From an uncultured virus (IMG/VR IMGVR_UViG_3300021139_001059) (taxonomy: Duplodnaviria > Heunggongvirae > Uroviricota > Caudoviricetes), in the IMG/VR virus record IMGVR_UViG_3300021139_001059: 64,000 nt of DNA; one strand, written 5' to 3'. The translations under genes and the position numbers were made by a program. Positions within the stretch are counted from its first letter, which is position 1. Every line of letters starts with the position of its first letter. The notes below the pieces were generated by a model. It was not told the DNA's origin. It made no database searches and worked only from the letters and a program-made list of their open reading frames with translations. Of this stretch, positions 7,649-16,830 are shown piece by piece.

Positions 7649-9937
7649 ATGTCCGGAATTCAAGTAACCAAGCGTAACGGTAGCAAAGAAAATCTAGATC
7701 TTAATAAGTTTCACAAAGTAGTAGCTTGGGCTTGCGAAGGATTAAACAACGTATCAGCATCAGAAATTGAAATACGTTCTCACATTCAATTCTACAATGG
7801 TATCAAAACGACTGACGTTCAAGAAACATTGATCAAGGCTGCAGCTGACCTTATCAGCGAGGATACTCCTGCCTATCAGTATGTCGCTGGTCGATTGATC
7901 AACTATCATCTGAGGAAAGAAGTTTATGGTAGCTTTGACATTCCTAACCTTTGCGATCATATACACACAGTGGTTAACGATGGGTATTATGATAAGGATA
8001 TTCTTCTTTGGTACACTGATGAGGAGCTTGCTACTCTTAACGGCTATATTGACCACAAGCGAGATTTTAATATTGCTTATGTGGGTATGGAACAATTTCG
8101 CGGCAAGTATCTAATCAAGAACAGAGTCACAAATAAAATATATGAAACACCACAGATGGCATACATGCTTATCGCTATGGTGTTGTTTAGAAATTATCCA
8201 AAAGAAACACGTCTTAAATGGGTAAAGGATTTGTATGATGCAACTTCTCAGTTCGATATATCGCTGCCTACCCCTATCATGGCGGGTTTACGTAGCCCTC
8301 AAAAGCAGTTCAGTTCGTGTGTTCTTATTGAAACTGACGACTCGCTCGACTCTATCAATGCCACAGCTTCCGCGATCGTTAAGTACGTTTCTCAGAAAGC
8401 TGGTATTGGAATTGGTGCTGGACGGATTCGCGCTCTTGGTTCTCCTATTCGCGCTGGCGATACTACGCATACTGGTGTTATTCCCTTTTACAAACACTTC
8501 CAAAGTGCGGTTAAATCTTGCTCACAAGGCGGTGTCAGAGGCGGCGCAGCAACTTTATATTATCCTATCTGGCATTTGGAAGTAGAAGATCTTCTTGTAC
8601 TGAAGAATAACAAAGGGACTGAAGACAATCGTATTCGTCATTTAGACTATGGTGTTCAATTCAATAAGGTGATGTATGAAAGACTTTTATCTGGAGCTAA
8701 CATTACGTTGTTTTCTCCTCATGATGTTCCTGATCTGTATGATGCTTTCTTCATCGATTCAGACAAGTTCAGAGAGCTTTATGAAAAGTATGAGCGTTCA
8801 ACAAAGCTCAGAAAGAAAGTAATTCCTGCTATCGATTTGTTTTCTGCGTTCATGGAAGAGCGCAAGAACACTGGTCGTATCTATTTGCAGAATGTTGACC
8901 ATGCGAATGATCATGGTTCATTCATTAAAGAACTTGCACCAATTCGCCAGTCAAACCTCTGTTCAGAAATTGACTTGCCTACAAAGCCATTGAAAGATAT
9001 TAACGATGAAAATGGAGAAATTTCACTGTGCACACTAGCTGCTATCAACTGGGGCAAAATTCGTGATCCTGCTGATTTTGAGCGACCTTGTACTCTTGCT
9101 GTCCGTGCTTTGGATGAGCTGCTTGATTATCAAGACTATCCTGTTCGTGCTGCGTACCAATCAACTATGGCTCGTCGTCCACTTGGTGTTGGCATCATTA
9201 ATCTTGCTTATTGGTTGGCTCGCAATGATCTTTCTTATCAGCATATCGATAGCGATGGGTTGAATAAGCTTCATGCGTTTGCTGAGGCTTGGTCTTATTA
9301 TCTTATCAAAGCATCAGTTGATCTAGCGGAGGAAAAAGGTGCGTGTCCGAAAAGTAATGAAACAAAATACAGTCAAGGTGCGTTCCCCATACACACCTAC
9401 AAGAGAGAATTGGACGAAATCGTATCGCCTGCGTATAGGATGGATTGGGTTTCGTTGGGCGCTAAAGCATTACGAGTTGGCATCAGAAACTCAACGCTTA
9501 TGGCTCTCATGCCATCAGAGACATCAGCACAGATTAGCAACGCAACGAATGGTATTGAGCCACCAAGATCGCTTGTCTCTGTTAAACAGTCTAAAGATGG
9601 CGTCCTTAAACAAGTTGTACCAGAAGTTCGTAAACTTAAGAAGAAATACGACCTACTTTGGGACCAACAGTCACCCGAAGGATATATTAAGATTTGCGGG
9701 GTATTGCAAAAGTTCATTGATCAAGGAATATCCGTTAACACCTCGTACAACCCAAAGTTCTATGAAGAAGAACAAATCCCTATGTCGGAAATGTTAAAGC
9801 ACTTGCTGATGTTTTATAAGTATGGTGGCAAGCAGCTATATTATTTCAATACCAATGATGGTGCTGGTGAGATTGAATTACCTGCACTTGCTACTGGTGA
9901 AGAAGATCAGGAAGATTGTGAGGCATGTAAGATATGA
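7649..9937 (+). CDS. nrdA: Class Ia ribonucleotide reductase alpha subunit
   Basis: ATP cone VTKRNG, QFSSCVL, SNLCSEI, C-terminal CEACKI. Confidence 0.97.
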   Translation: MSGIQVTKRNGSKENLDLNKFHKVVAWACEGLNNVSASEIEIRSHIQFYNGIKTTDVQETLIKAAADLISEDTPAYQYVAGRLINYHLRKEVYGSFDIPNLCDHIHTVVNDGYYDKDILLWYTDEELATLNGYIDHKRDFNIAYVGMEQFRGKYLIKNRVTNKIYETPQMAYMLIAMVLFRNYPKETRLKWVKDLYDATSQFDISLPTPIMAGLRSPQKQFSSCVLIETDDSLDSINATASAIVKYVSQKAGIGIGAGRIRALGSPIRAGDTTHTGVIPFYKHFQSAVKSCSQGGVRGGAATLYYPIWHLEVEDLLVLKNNKGTEDNRIRHLDYGVQFNKVMYERLLSGANITLFSPHDVPDLYDAFFIDSDKFRELYEKYERSTKLRKKVIPAIDLFSAFMEERKNTGRIYLQNVDHANDHGSFIKELAPIRQSNLCSEIDLPTKPLKDINDENGEISLCTLAAINWGKIRDPADFERPCTLAVRALDELLDYQDYPVRAAYQSTMARRPLGVGIINLAYWLARNDLSYQHIDSDGLNKLHAFAEAWSYYLIKASVDLAEEKGACPKSNETKYSQGAFPIHTYKRELDEIVSPAYRMDWVSLGAKALRVGIRNSTLMALMPSETSAQISNATNGIEPPRSLVSVKQSKDGVLKQVVPEVRKLKKKYDLLWDQQSPEGYIKICGVLQKFIDQGISVNTSYNPKFYEEEQIPMSEMLKHLLMFYKYGGKQLYYFNTNDGAGEIELPALATGEEDQEDCEACKI

Positions 9938-11025
9938 GCGTATTTGATTCAACAAATCGTAAAGATCCAACGAAGGTAAAGGCATTCTTTGATGATCCTG
10001 TTACCATTGCACGCTATGACAAGCAGAAGTATCCTTGGATCGAGAAGCTGACAAATCAACAGCTCGGTTTCTTTTGGAGACCCGAGGAAGTGGATATTTT
10101 TAAAGATGCAAAAGACTTCAAGGAACTGACGCAACATGAGCAACACATCTTCACAAGCAACCTCAAGCGACAGATCCTACTTGATTCAGTCCAAGGACGA
10201 GCACCAACCACAGCTTTCGGTCCAATTGTCTCCCTCCCTGAGCTCGAAACTTGGATCACTACATGGACTTTCAGTGAAACAATCCACAGTAGATCTTATA
10301 CACACATTATCAGAAACATATACCCAAATCCCTCTCTTGTCTTTGATCAAATCACCGACATCCAAGAAATCGTAGACTGCGCTAAGGACATCAGCAAGTA
10401 CTATGATGATCTGATCTGGTGGAATAATTTACCAAAAAATCAATATGAGCCTGATACAAAATACGAGCATAAAAAAGCATTATGGCTTGCATTAATGTCT
10501 GTTAATATTCTTGAAGGTGTTCGTTTCTATGTTTCATTCGCATGCTCGTGGGCGTTTGCTGAAGTGAAGAAGATGGAAGGTAATGCTAAGATCATCAAGT
10601 TGATTGCACGTGATGAGAACTTACATCTTGCTGGTACACAACAGCTACTCAAAGCTCTTATCAAAGAAGATGAGGACTTCGCAAAGATTGCGAATGAAAC
10701 AAAAGACGAATGTGTTAAGATGTTTGTCGATTGCGTCAATCAAGAAAAAGCATGGTCTAATTATCTATTCAAAGATGGTTCGATGGTTGGTCTCAACGCA
10801 ACTCTGTTGGATGAATATATAGAATGGATTGCTAATAAGCGTATGACAGCCGTAGGCTTGCCATCACCTTATAAGGGAGGTAGCAATCCACTTCCGTGGA
10901 CTCAAAAATGGATTTCTGGTGCAGAAGTTCAAGTTGCGCCACAAGAAACTGAAATTACTTCGTATGTCATTGGCGGCGTGAAGAAAGACGTTACGACTGA
11001 TACATTCAAAGGATTTTCGTTGTGA
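9934..11025 (+). CDS. nrdB: Class Ia ribonucleotide reductase beta subunit
   Basis: FFWRPEE, ETIHSRSY, EGVRFYVSF, RDENLH, APQETE. Confidence 0.97.
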   Translation: MSVFDSTNRKDPTKVKAFFDDPVTIARYDKQKYPWIEKLTNQQLGFFWRPEEVDIFKDAKDFKELTQHEQHIFTSNLKRQILLDSVQGRAPTTAFGPIVSLPELETWITTWTFSETIHSRSYTHIIRNIYPNPSLVFDQITDIQEIVDCAKDISKYYDDLIWWNNLPKNQYEPDTKYEHKKALWLALMSVNILEGVRFYVSFACSWAFAEVKKMEGNAKIIKLIARDENLHLAGTQQLLKALIKEDEDFAKIANETKDECVKMFVDCVNQEKAWSNYLFKDGSMVGLNATLLDEYIEWIANKRMTAVGLPSPYKGGSNPLPWTQKWISGAEVQVAPQETEITSYVIGGVKKDVTTDTFKGFSL

Positions 11026-11231
11026 GTAAAGAATATAAAAAAGGCTATCGTGATGGATTTAAGGATGGCATGGAAGCTGCAAAGCAAATAAGTGCACCAT
11101 ATATACTACCGACAACATCACCTTTTCCTCCTTCAATGATTACAACTTGTAATACTTGTGGAATTGAAATGAAGGGTGCATGGGGATATGTTTGTAATCA
11201 CCCAAAATGTCCAACAAAAGTAACCTGTTAA
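11022..11231 (+). CDS. hypothetical protein, Cys-rich C-terminus
   Basis: GY.DGF.DG repeat; CNTC...C...C. Confidence 0.6.
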   Translation: MSKEYKKGYRDGFKDGMEAAKQISAPYILPTTSPFPPSMITTCNTCGIEMKGAWGYVCNHPKCPTKVTC

Positions 11232-11246
11232 CTTAAGGAATATCAA

Positions 11247-12053
11247 ATGAAATTATTTAAAGTATTATCTTTAGCATTTTTAGTTGTATCTGGTTATGCC
11301 TATGCAGCTGATCAAGCTCCTCCAAAACCAGTAGCATCATGCTCTGTACAAGTACCATTCGGTGCTCCATCTTCAAAAGCTGGCGAACCGGTTATTTGTC
11401 GTACGGGTTATATTTTAGAACACAACAACACAGCTAAGATTCCTGGTTGGGTTGCGTGGACACTCACACCCGATCACGTGATTGGATGTGCGCCTCGCGT
11501 CGATGCGTTTGCCACTGATGCTTCTTTGCCTGCAGGTGCGGGTGCTAAGCCTACAGACTATGCTGGTTCAGGATATGATCAGGGTCACTTAGCTAACAAC
11601 GCTGATATGTCATTTGATGCTGACGTAGCAAAAGAATCATTCCTTATGTCAAACATGAGTCCTCAGCTTCCAGCAGTCAATCGAGGCACGTGGAAGAACC
11701 TCGAGGGTGCAGAACGTGCATGGGTATATTCAACTAAGCATTCGTTCACGATCTATGCTGGTAACATCTGGTCAGCATCAAGCAAGACTATCGGTGCAGA
11801 CAAAGTCGTTGTGCCAGATGCTCTCTACAAGATCTTGATAGATGATACTACAAAGCAGTCTATCGCTTTCATCATGCCTAATCAGGCGGGAATCGATCAG
11901 AACTTTGCTAAGTATCAAGTAACTGTAGCTGACGTAGAAAAAGCTTCCGGTTATACTTTTGCAGTTCCTGATTCTAAGACAGTCAAGAATGCAATTCCAC
12001 CGGTCGATCTAAAGTCAGTAGCAGCTGATAAAAAGAATCAGTGCAAGGGCTAA
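11247..12053 (+). CDS. Secreted DNA/RNA non-specific endonuclease (NucA/Serratia family)
   Basis: Signal peptide ending AYA; GYDQGHL, SFLMSNMSPQ...NRG.W..LE. Confidence 0.9.
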   Translation: MKLFKVLSLAFLVVSGYAYAADQAPPKPVASCSVQVPFGAPSSKAGEPVICRTGYILEHNNTAKIPGWVAWTLTPDHVIGCAPRVDAFATDASLPAGAGAKPTDYAGSGYDQGHLANNADMSFDADVAKESFLMSNMSPQLPAVNRGTWKNLEGAERAWVYSTKHSFTIYAGNIWSASSKTIGADKVVVPDALYKILIDDTTKQSIAFIMPNQAGIDQNFAKYQVTVADVEKASGYTFAVPDSKTVKNAIPPVDLKSVAADKKNQCKG

Positions 12054-12057
12054 AAAC

Positions 12058-12216
12058 ATGGGGAACGATTTTCTCTGTGAACAATGCGATTCAGAGTATC
12101 AAATTCTGCATCGTGAAAAAGATAATCCCAGCTTCTGCCCATTTTGTGGGTGGCAAAAAATAGAAGAAGATGAAGACATTGACGACGAAAGAGATTGGGA
12201 TTACGACGACGTATGA
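12058..12216 (+). CDS. Small zinc-ribbon protein with acidic tail (missing from ORF track)
   Basis: MGNDFLCEQCDSEY...FCPFCG...EEDEDIDDE. Confidence 0.7.
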   Translation: MGNDFLCEQCDSEYQILHREKDNPSFCPFCGWQKIEEDEDIDDERDWDYDDV

Positions 12217-12616
12217 AAACCCGTGGTTGTACAACGGTAACTTAGTAGACGAAGAAACTGTTTACAACCACGTTGGTTTTGTGTATAATATAACTAACCT
12301 GAAAACAGGACGTAAATACATAGGGAAAAAGCTCTTTACCAAGTCTAAGACTAGACAAGTTAAGGGCAAGAAAAAACGTACGCGTGTTGCTTCTGACTGG
12401 ATGACTTACTACGGGTCAAACAAAGATTTACAGGCTGACGTCGAAGAACTAGGCATTTATAACTTTAGACGAGAGATACTAAGGCTATGCAAAACCAAGG
12501 GCGAGTGCAACTATTGGGAAGCTCGATATCAATTCGATTATCGAGTACTAGAATCTGAAGATTACTATAATTCTTGGATTATGGTAAAAGTACACAGAGC
12601 GCATTTGCCCACGTAG
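12170..12616 (+). CDS. denA: GIY-YIG endonuclease, T4 endonuclease II-like
   Basis: GFVY.ITN..TGRKYIGKK, SDW..YYGS, F.REIL, YYN; start uncertain. Confidence 0.8.
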   Translation: MKTLTTKEIGITTTYENPWLYNGNLVDEETVYNHVGFVYNITNLKTGRKYIGKKLFTKSKTRQVKGKKKRTRVASDWMTYYGSNKDLQADVEELGIYNFRREILRLCKTKGECNYWEARYQFDYRVLESEDYYNSWIMVKVHRAHLPT

Positions 12617-12684
12617 GCCAACAGGTTAGAGTCAACGGACTTAAAATCCGTAAAGTGTCGGTTCGAATCCGACCGTGGGCACCA
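12607..12684 (+). tRNA. tRNA-Leu(UAA) with short variable loop
   Basis: Acceptor GCCCACG/CGTGGGC-A-CCA; anticodon arm ACGGA-CTTAAAA-TCCGT; T arm GTCGG-TTCGAAT-CCGAC. Confidence 0.9.
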
Positions 12685-12699
12685 ATTCAAGAGAACACA

Positions 12700-13176
12700 A
12701 TGGAAAACTTTGATCTCGATAAAGTAAGAGAGTTTATTCGTAATACGTCTAATACTACACGAATCTATATCGGTGCAGATTCAGAACGTTATTGCAGAAA
12801 AGATGGAGTCTGGCAAGCCGATTATACGGTAGCTGTCGTTATTCATTACGACGGCAATAAGGGTTGTAAAGTATTTGGTCAGATTTCCTCTGAAGTAGAC
12901 TACGATCGACGTAAAGATCGTCCTGCTTATCGATTGATGAACGAAGTCTATAAAGCTTCTCAGATGTATATGGATTTAGAAGAATCTATTGGTAATCGAC
13001 ACGTCGAAGTACATCTCGATATCAATCCAGACTATATGCATGGATCTTCTTGTGTTGTTACACAAGCTATCGGTTACGTGCGTGGTGTTACTAATATCAC
13101 GCCTATGGTTAAGCCTGAAGCATTCGCAGCTTCTTATGCGGCAGATCGATTGAAAGAGATCCTTGTAAACAATTAG
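12700..13176 (+). CDS. RNase H-like YkuK/DUF458 family protein
   Basis: IYIGADS, RLM.EV, EVHLDIN, A.AASYAAD; start moved to 12700 because track start lies upstream of the tRNA. Confidence 0.8.
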   Translation: MENFDLDKVREFIRNTSNTTRIYIGADSERYCRKDGVWQADYTVAVVIHYDGNKGCKVFGQISSEVDYDRRKDRPAYRLMNEVYKASQMYMDLEESIGNRHVEVHLDINPDYMHGSSCVVTQAIGYVRGVTNITPMVKPEAFAASYAADRLKEILVNN

Positions 13177-13198
13177 CACGACTAAGAAAAAAGAATAA

Positions 13199-13275
13199 GC
13201 CCTTATAGCACAATTGGTTAGTGCCATTCGCTCATAACGGATCGGTTCCAGGTTCGAGTCCTGGTGAGGGCACCA
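13199..13275 (+). tRNA. tRNA with CAU anticodon (elongator Met or Ile2)
   Basis: GCCCTTA/TGAGGGC-A-CCA; loop CTCATAA; CCAGG-TTCGAGT-CCTGG. Confidence 0.9.
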
Positions 13276-13280
13276 ATATC

Positions 13281-13308
13281 GGGGGTTCGAATCCCTCCGC
13301 GTGCACCA
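13281..13308 (+). pseudogene. 3' half remnant of a tRNA
   Basis: GGGGG-TTCGAAT-CCCTC-CGCGTGC-A-CCA with no D arm, anticodon arm or 5' acceptor strand. Confidence 0.7.
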
Positions 13309-13311
13309 ATT

Positions 13312-13695
13312 ATGAAGAAAATACTAACTATATGTTTAGGACTACTAGCGGCATCATGCGCTGGCGAACCCAGCGTTACCGCTAGTAGTTCGACTTCTTA
13401 TGTAAAGAATAATTCTTATCATGGACAGGCTTCGTGGTACCAAAAGGGTAAGCGTACCGCTGACGGCCAAAGATTCAATCCAGATAAGTACTCTGTAGCT
13501 CATAGAACCCTGCCGTTCGGGACTATGTTGCGATTAACCAATGTTGAGAACGGTAGTACTATAGATGCGGTCGTTAACGATAGGGGGCCGTTTGTAAAAA
13601 GTAAAGAGATCGACGTGTCACGCGGAGCCGCGAAAGCGTTAGGTTTCTTTCATTCAGGGACAGCAAAACTCTTAATTGAAGTGTTGTCCCACTAA
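13312..13695 (+). CDS. rlpA: RlpA-family lytic transglycosylase lipoprotein
   Basis: Lipobox LAASC; GQASWY, TADG, AHRTLPFGT, VNDRGPF, IDVS. Confidence 0.9.
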   Translation: MKKILTICLGLLAASCAGEPSVTASSSTSYVKNNSYHGQASWYQKGKRTADGQRFNPDKYSVAHRTLPFGTMLRLTNVENGSTIDAVVNDRGPFVKSKEIDVSRGAAKALGFFHSGTAKLLIEVLSH

Positions 13696-13707
13696 AGGAG
13701 AAAACTT

Positions 13708-14511
13708 ATGTATAGGATACTTTTACCCGTTGGAGTGTTGTTAGCAGCATTTCTTGCTGTACCCTCCGCCGAAGCGAGTCCTTCCACAGAAGTAGTGGCT
13801 CAACAATCACAAAAGGCGAATAAGCCTACAGTAAAGCATATTAAAAAGAAGAAGAGATCGAAGAAGAGACTAAAGAAAGTAGATCCACCAGCACCACAGA
13901 ATTTTGTACGTCAACACGATGATAGTACATCGGCTGGTTATTGGCAGAATGAATTAGAATATAAAGAGTTTCTACAGGGTAAACCACAAGTAGCTTTAGT
14001 CTCTACTAAAGTCGAACTCGATATGACACTCGACGAAAAGCGTCGTAAACTGGCTGAAGGTTGTTCTTGGTTTAGTTGTTCTGAACAAGCAAACAACATT
14101 GTCGTAGCTGAAGCTAAGAAGTGGGTTGGTAAACATGCTAAACGCGATAAAGCAGAATTGAAAAAGCTTTTCGCTATAGAATGGAACGATCCTATCGATC
14201 CAGCTCGTATTCCTTGGTGTGCAGCATTTGCTAATGCTATCTTGCGTCGTGAAGGTTATGAAACTACACATAGTCTTGCAGCTCGTAGCTTCTTAGCTTG
14301 GGGTGTAGGAACACATAATCCACAAGACGGCGACATCGTCGTATTGAAACGTGGTCATAGTAAATGGGCTGGACACGTTGGGTTCTTTCAGGGTTATGCA
14401 TGGTACGACGGCGTTCAATACGTAAAAGTATTGGGTGGTAACACTGACAAAGAAGTACAGATCGGTTATTTCCCTGTAAGTTCTGTATTAGGTTATCGAA
14501 AAGTAGCGTGA
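13708..14511 (+). CDS. Exported TIGR02594/NlpC-P60-like putative peptidoglycan hydrolase
   Basis: Signal peptide; PWCAAF, ARSF..WG, GDIVV..RG, GHVGF, VLGGN. Confidence 0.8.
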   Translation: MYRILLPVGVLLAAFLAVPSAEASPSTEVVAQQSQKANKPTVKHIKKKKRSKKRLKKVDPPAPQNFVRQHDDSTSAGYWQNELEYKEFLQGKPQVALVSTKVELDMTLDEKRRKLAEGCSWFSCSEQANNIVVAEAKKWVGKHAKRDKAELKKLFAIEWNDPIDPARIPWCAAFANAILRREGYETTHSLAARSFLAWGVGTHNPQDGDIVVLKRGHSKWAGHVGFFQGYAWYDGVQYVKVLGGNTDKEVQIGYFPVSSVLGYRKVA

Positions 14512-14517
14512 GGTAAA

Positions 14518-14697
14518 ATGCCTGAAGTCGATATGATTAAAGTTGAATTGAATTGGTATAAACAGATAGTCAGTCATATTATGAAAGTTAATACTAACGA
14601 TAATATGACTGATGAAGAAAAACTAAACGCTATCACATGGCTATTGAAACAACTCAAGAAAACGGACAGAGATGAAGATGTGGAGACTGTGGGCTAA
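14518..14697 (+). CDS. hypothetical protein (59 aa)
   Basis: GAGG SD; MPEVDMIKVELNWYK... Confidence 0.55.
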   Translation: MPEVDMIKVELNWYKQIVSHIMKVNTNDNMTDEEKLNAITWLLKQLKKTDRDEDVETVG

Positions 14698-14833
14698 AGC
14701 TCTGGGTGAAAAACAGGGTAAAGACAACAGAGAAGCCGATAAGATAGCAATAATTCGAACAATGATAGTGTTATGGTATAGTCTGACAAATCTTTTTATC
14801 GTGGCAGGTGTGATCAGGCATTGGAATGGCTAA
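14678..14833 (+). CDS. Small membrane protein of a type seen in T4-like phages
   Basis: MWRLWAKALGEK...ADKIAIIRT...TN.FIVAGVIRHW. Confidence 0.65.
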   Translation: MWRLWAKALGEKQGKDNREADKIAIIRTMIVLWYSLTNLFIVAGVIRHWNG

Positions 14834-15062
14834 GAATAAATACGATTGGGTATTTTTGATGGAGTGGGCATCGACCTTTATTCTCATAATAGGTTGCATG
14901 CTCACTTCATTTAATTATTATCCGGTCAATCTTTACTTCAGTTTAGCTGGAAACTTTGGTTGGGCTATAGTTTCTATAAAGTGGCGTAAATGGTCTCTGT
15001 TAGTCATTCAGGGTGTAGTGTCCATGATCTATATCTTTGGAGTCATATCGGTCTTAAAATAG
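14826..15062 (+). CDS. Small multi-TM membrane protein
   Basis: Three hydrophobic segments. Confidence 0.65.
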   Translation: MAKNKYDWVFLMEWASTFILIIGCMLTSFNYYPVNLYFSLAGNFGWAIVSIKWRKWSLLVIQGVVSMIYIFGVISVLK

Positions 15063-15767
15063 ATGTTAAAAACAAAAATAGATCATTTCTTTGGATCCCA
15101 AGAAAAATATGATTTACAACTAGTGAAGTTAACTTTGGATACAACAGATTTAGACGAAAACGAAGCGCTTGAAAACGGGTGGCTCATAGCCAATAACGAG
15201 TGGTATCAAACACGCAGCGTCAGAATCAACATAGAAGAATACTTCAAAAAACTTAAGAAGAAGCCGTTGCCAGAAGATTATAGTATCTGGCATAAAGACA
15301 ATATGAACGAAGAAGATATAGAAGCCGTTAAAAAAGTATACAAAGAATTTTGTGATAAAAAAGGATTTGACGTACAGTATGATCTCTTCTCGGATTCAGA
15401 CAGATCTGCATGGCTCATAATCTATAAGGGTTTAGAAGCTGTAGCGTTTACTAAATTCATAAGATACACTGACGCTTACGAGAGTCAGTTTACAGCATGG
15501 AACTACAGTGAACCAAAACTCTCTTTAGCTAAGAGAATGGTTGAGTTCGAAGCGGGATTATCGAACGCTTTATTTCCTAACACTAAATATCTTTATATCG
15601 GTCAAGGATATGAAAAGGGAAGCGCTTATAAAGCAGACTTCGCTGGATTCGAATGGTGGACTGGCAACGAATGGTCTACAGACAGAGAAGTTTACAAGTC
15701 ATTGTGTGCTCGTGATAGCTCTATAAATACGTTAGATGATCTAACGAAAGCTTACAACTATGCCTAA
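15063..15767 (+). CDS. Aminoacyl-tRNA-protein transferase-like (ATE/Bpt family)
   Basis: L.NGW, WYQ.RS.RI; C-terminal WNY.EPKLSL...E...KYLYIG.GY...S.YK..F..FE. Confidence 0.6.
   Translation: MLKTKIDHFFGSQEKYDLQLVKLTLDTTDLDENEALENGWLIANNEWYQTRSVRINIEEYFKKLKKKPLPEDYSIWHKDNMNEEDIEAVKKVYKEFCDKKGFDVQYDLFSDSDRSAWLIIYKGLEAVAFTKFIRYTDAYESQFTAWNYSEPKLSLAKRMVEFEAGLSNALFPNTKYLYIGQGYEKGSAYKADFAGFEWWTGNEWSTDREVYKSLCARDSSINTLDDLTKAYNYA
15722..15729 (+). promoter_or_regulatory. T4-type late promoter
   Basis: TATAAATA ~30 bp upstream of ATG 15760. Confidence 0.55.
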
Positions 15768-16320
15768 GTTCTTTAAACACAGAAAGACACAACTCTTTAA
15801 AGACGACTCTCCTGCGGTCACAAGATTTACGAGTGATCCACGTTTTAAAGCGCGTATGGCGATGTTACCAAGAATACCGGTTAATCATAACTACGACGTG
15901 CCGTATCTCTGCGGATATGCTAAGAACGCTAAGACGATTTATTTCGATCAACACTTAAAATACAAGATGAACGGCAAAGACCTGACACCGTTTCTAAAGA
16001 TCCACGAGTTTTCAGAGAAAGCATTACTCGATATTTTTGGTCTTGATTATCAACAAGCACATCATATAGCTACTCACTTAGAAAGAAAAGCCGTAGAAGC
16101 AGCTGGTATCAAGTGGTCTGCCTACGACGAGTTTCTTAAACCTCAAATCAAAGAAGTGTGGCACGAAGATCTCAAAAAAGTACCACCAGATCTAGATTTA
16201 GAACCATACGAAGACGAGAAAGATAAGAAAGTTCTTAGACCTCTGATGGGTAAAGAGAAACAAGAAAACAAATCTAGACTTTCTGTGGTAAAAAACAGTG
16301 TACAAAAATCAAAAAGATAG
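15760..16320 (+). CDS. hypothetical protein, possible metal-binding HExxE motif
   Basis: IHEFSEK...AHHIA..LE. Confidence 0.6.
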   Translation: MPKFFKHRKTQLFKDDSPAVTRFTSDPRFKARMAMLPRIPVNHNYDVPYLCGYAKNAKTIYFDQHLKYKMNGKDLTPFLKIHEFSEKALLDIFGLDYQQAHHIATHLERKAVEAAGIKWSAYDEFLKPQIKEVWHEDLKKVPPDLDLEPYEDEKDKKVLRPLMGKEKQENKSRLSVVKNSVQKSKR

Positions 16321-16457
16321 ATATAATAAGGAACATGTGATACTGATACATGAAGATGGTAAAACCATCTATAAGCTTTACCGCGAAGGCAAGCTTATAT
16401 ACATAGGAGTAGATGATGATAAAAAACATAGCGATGGTAATGATGATCGACGAGTTC

Positions 16458-16577
16458 ATGATGAGCGATCTGGAAAAGATGGTCGCGCTTGATATGATTG
16501 AACTTGGCTATGATTTCCAAGATAAAGCAGACATCAACGAATTCTGGATGGAGCAGTTCAGACAATGGACAGAGTAG
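16458..16577 (+). CDS. small hypothetical protein (39 aa)
   Basis: MMSDLEKMVALDMIELGYD...INEFW; fills gap before glutaredoxin. Confidence 0.45.
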   Translation: MMSDLEKMVALDMIELGYDFQDKADINEFWMEQFRQWTE

Positions 16578-16822
16578 TCATATATAGTAGAGACAATTGT
16601 TCTTATTGCGCATACGCAAAGAACTTACTAGAAGTTAAAAACATTTCATATCAAGAACTAAAATTGAATGTAGATTTCTCGAGAGAACAACTTCTAGAAC
16701 TTTTTCCTTCGGCTAAGACTTTTCCAGTCATCACAGTTGATGGATTTTATATCGGTGGCTATACACAACTAGCAGAACGCATTAATCAGGATAATGGAAC
16801 TTCGCAACTACTAACTGAATAG
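16565..16822 (+). CDS. Glutaredoxin
   Basis: CSYC, TFPVI, IGGY. Confidence 0.9.
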   Translation: MDRVVIYSRDNCSYCAYAKNLLEVKNISYQELKLNVDFSREQLLELFPSAKTFPVITVDGFYIGGYTQLAERINQDNGTSQLLTE

Positions 16823-16830
16823 GTAATGAC

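Noticed and set aside
12170..12616. Mobile homing endonuclease or intron
   Set aside because: Short GIY-YIG domain with no DNA-binding extension, resembling endonuclease II; thyX, nrdA and nrdB are uninterrupted
12574..13311. Track ORF starts at 12574 and 13264
   Set aside because: These extensions run through tRNA genes; real starts are more likely 12700 and 13312
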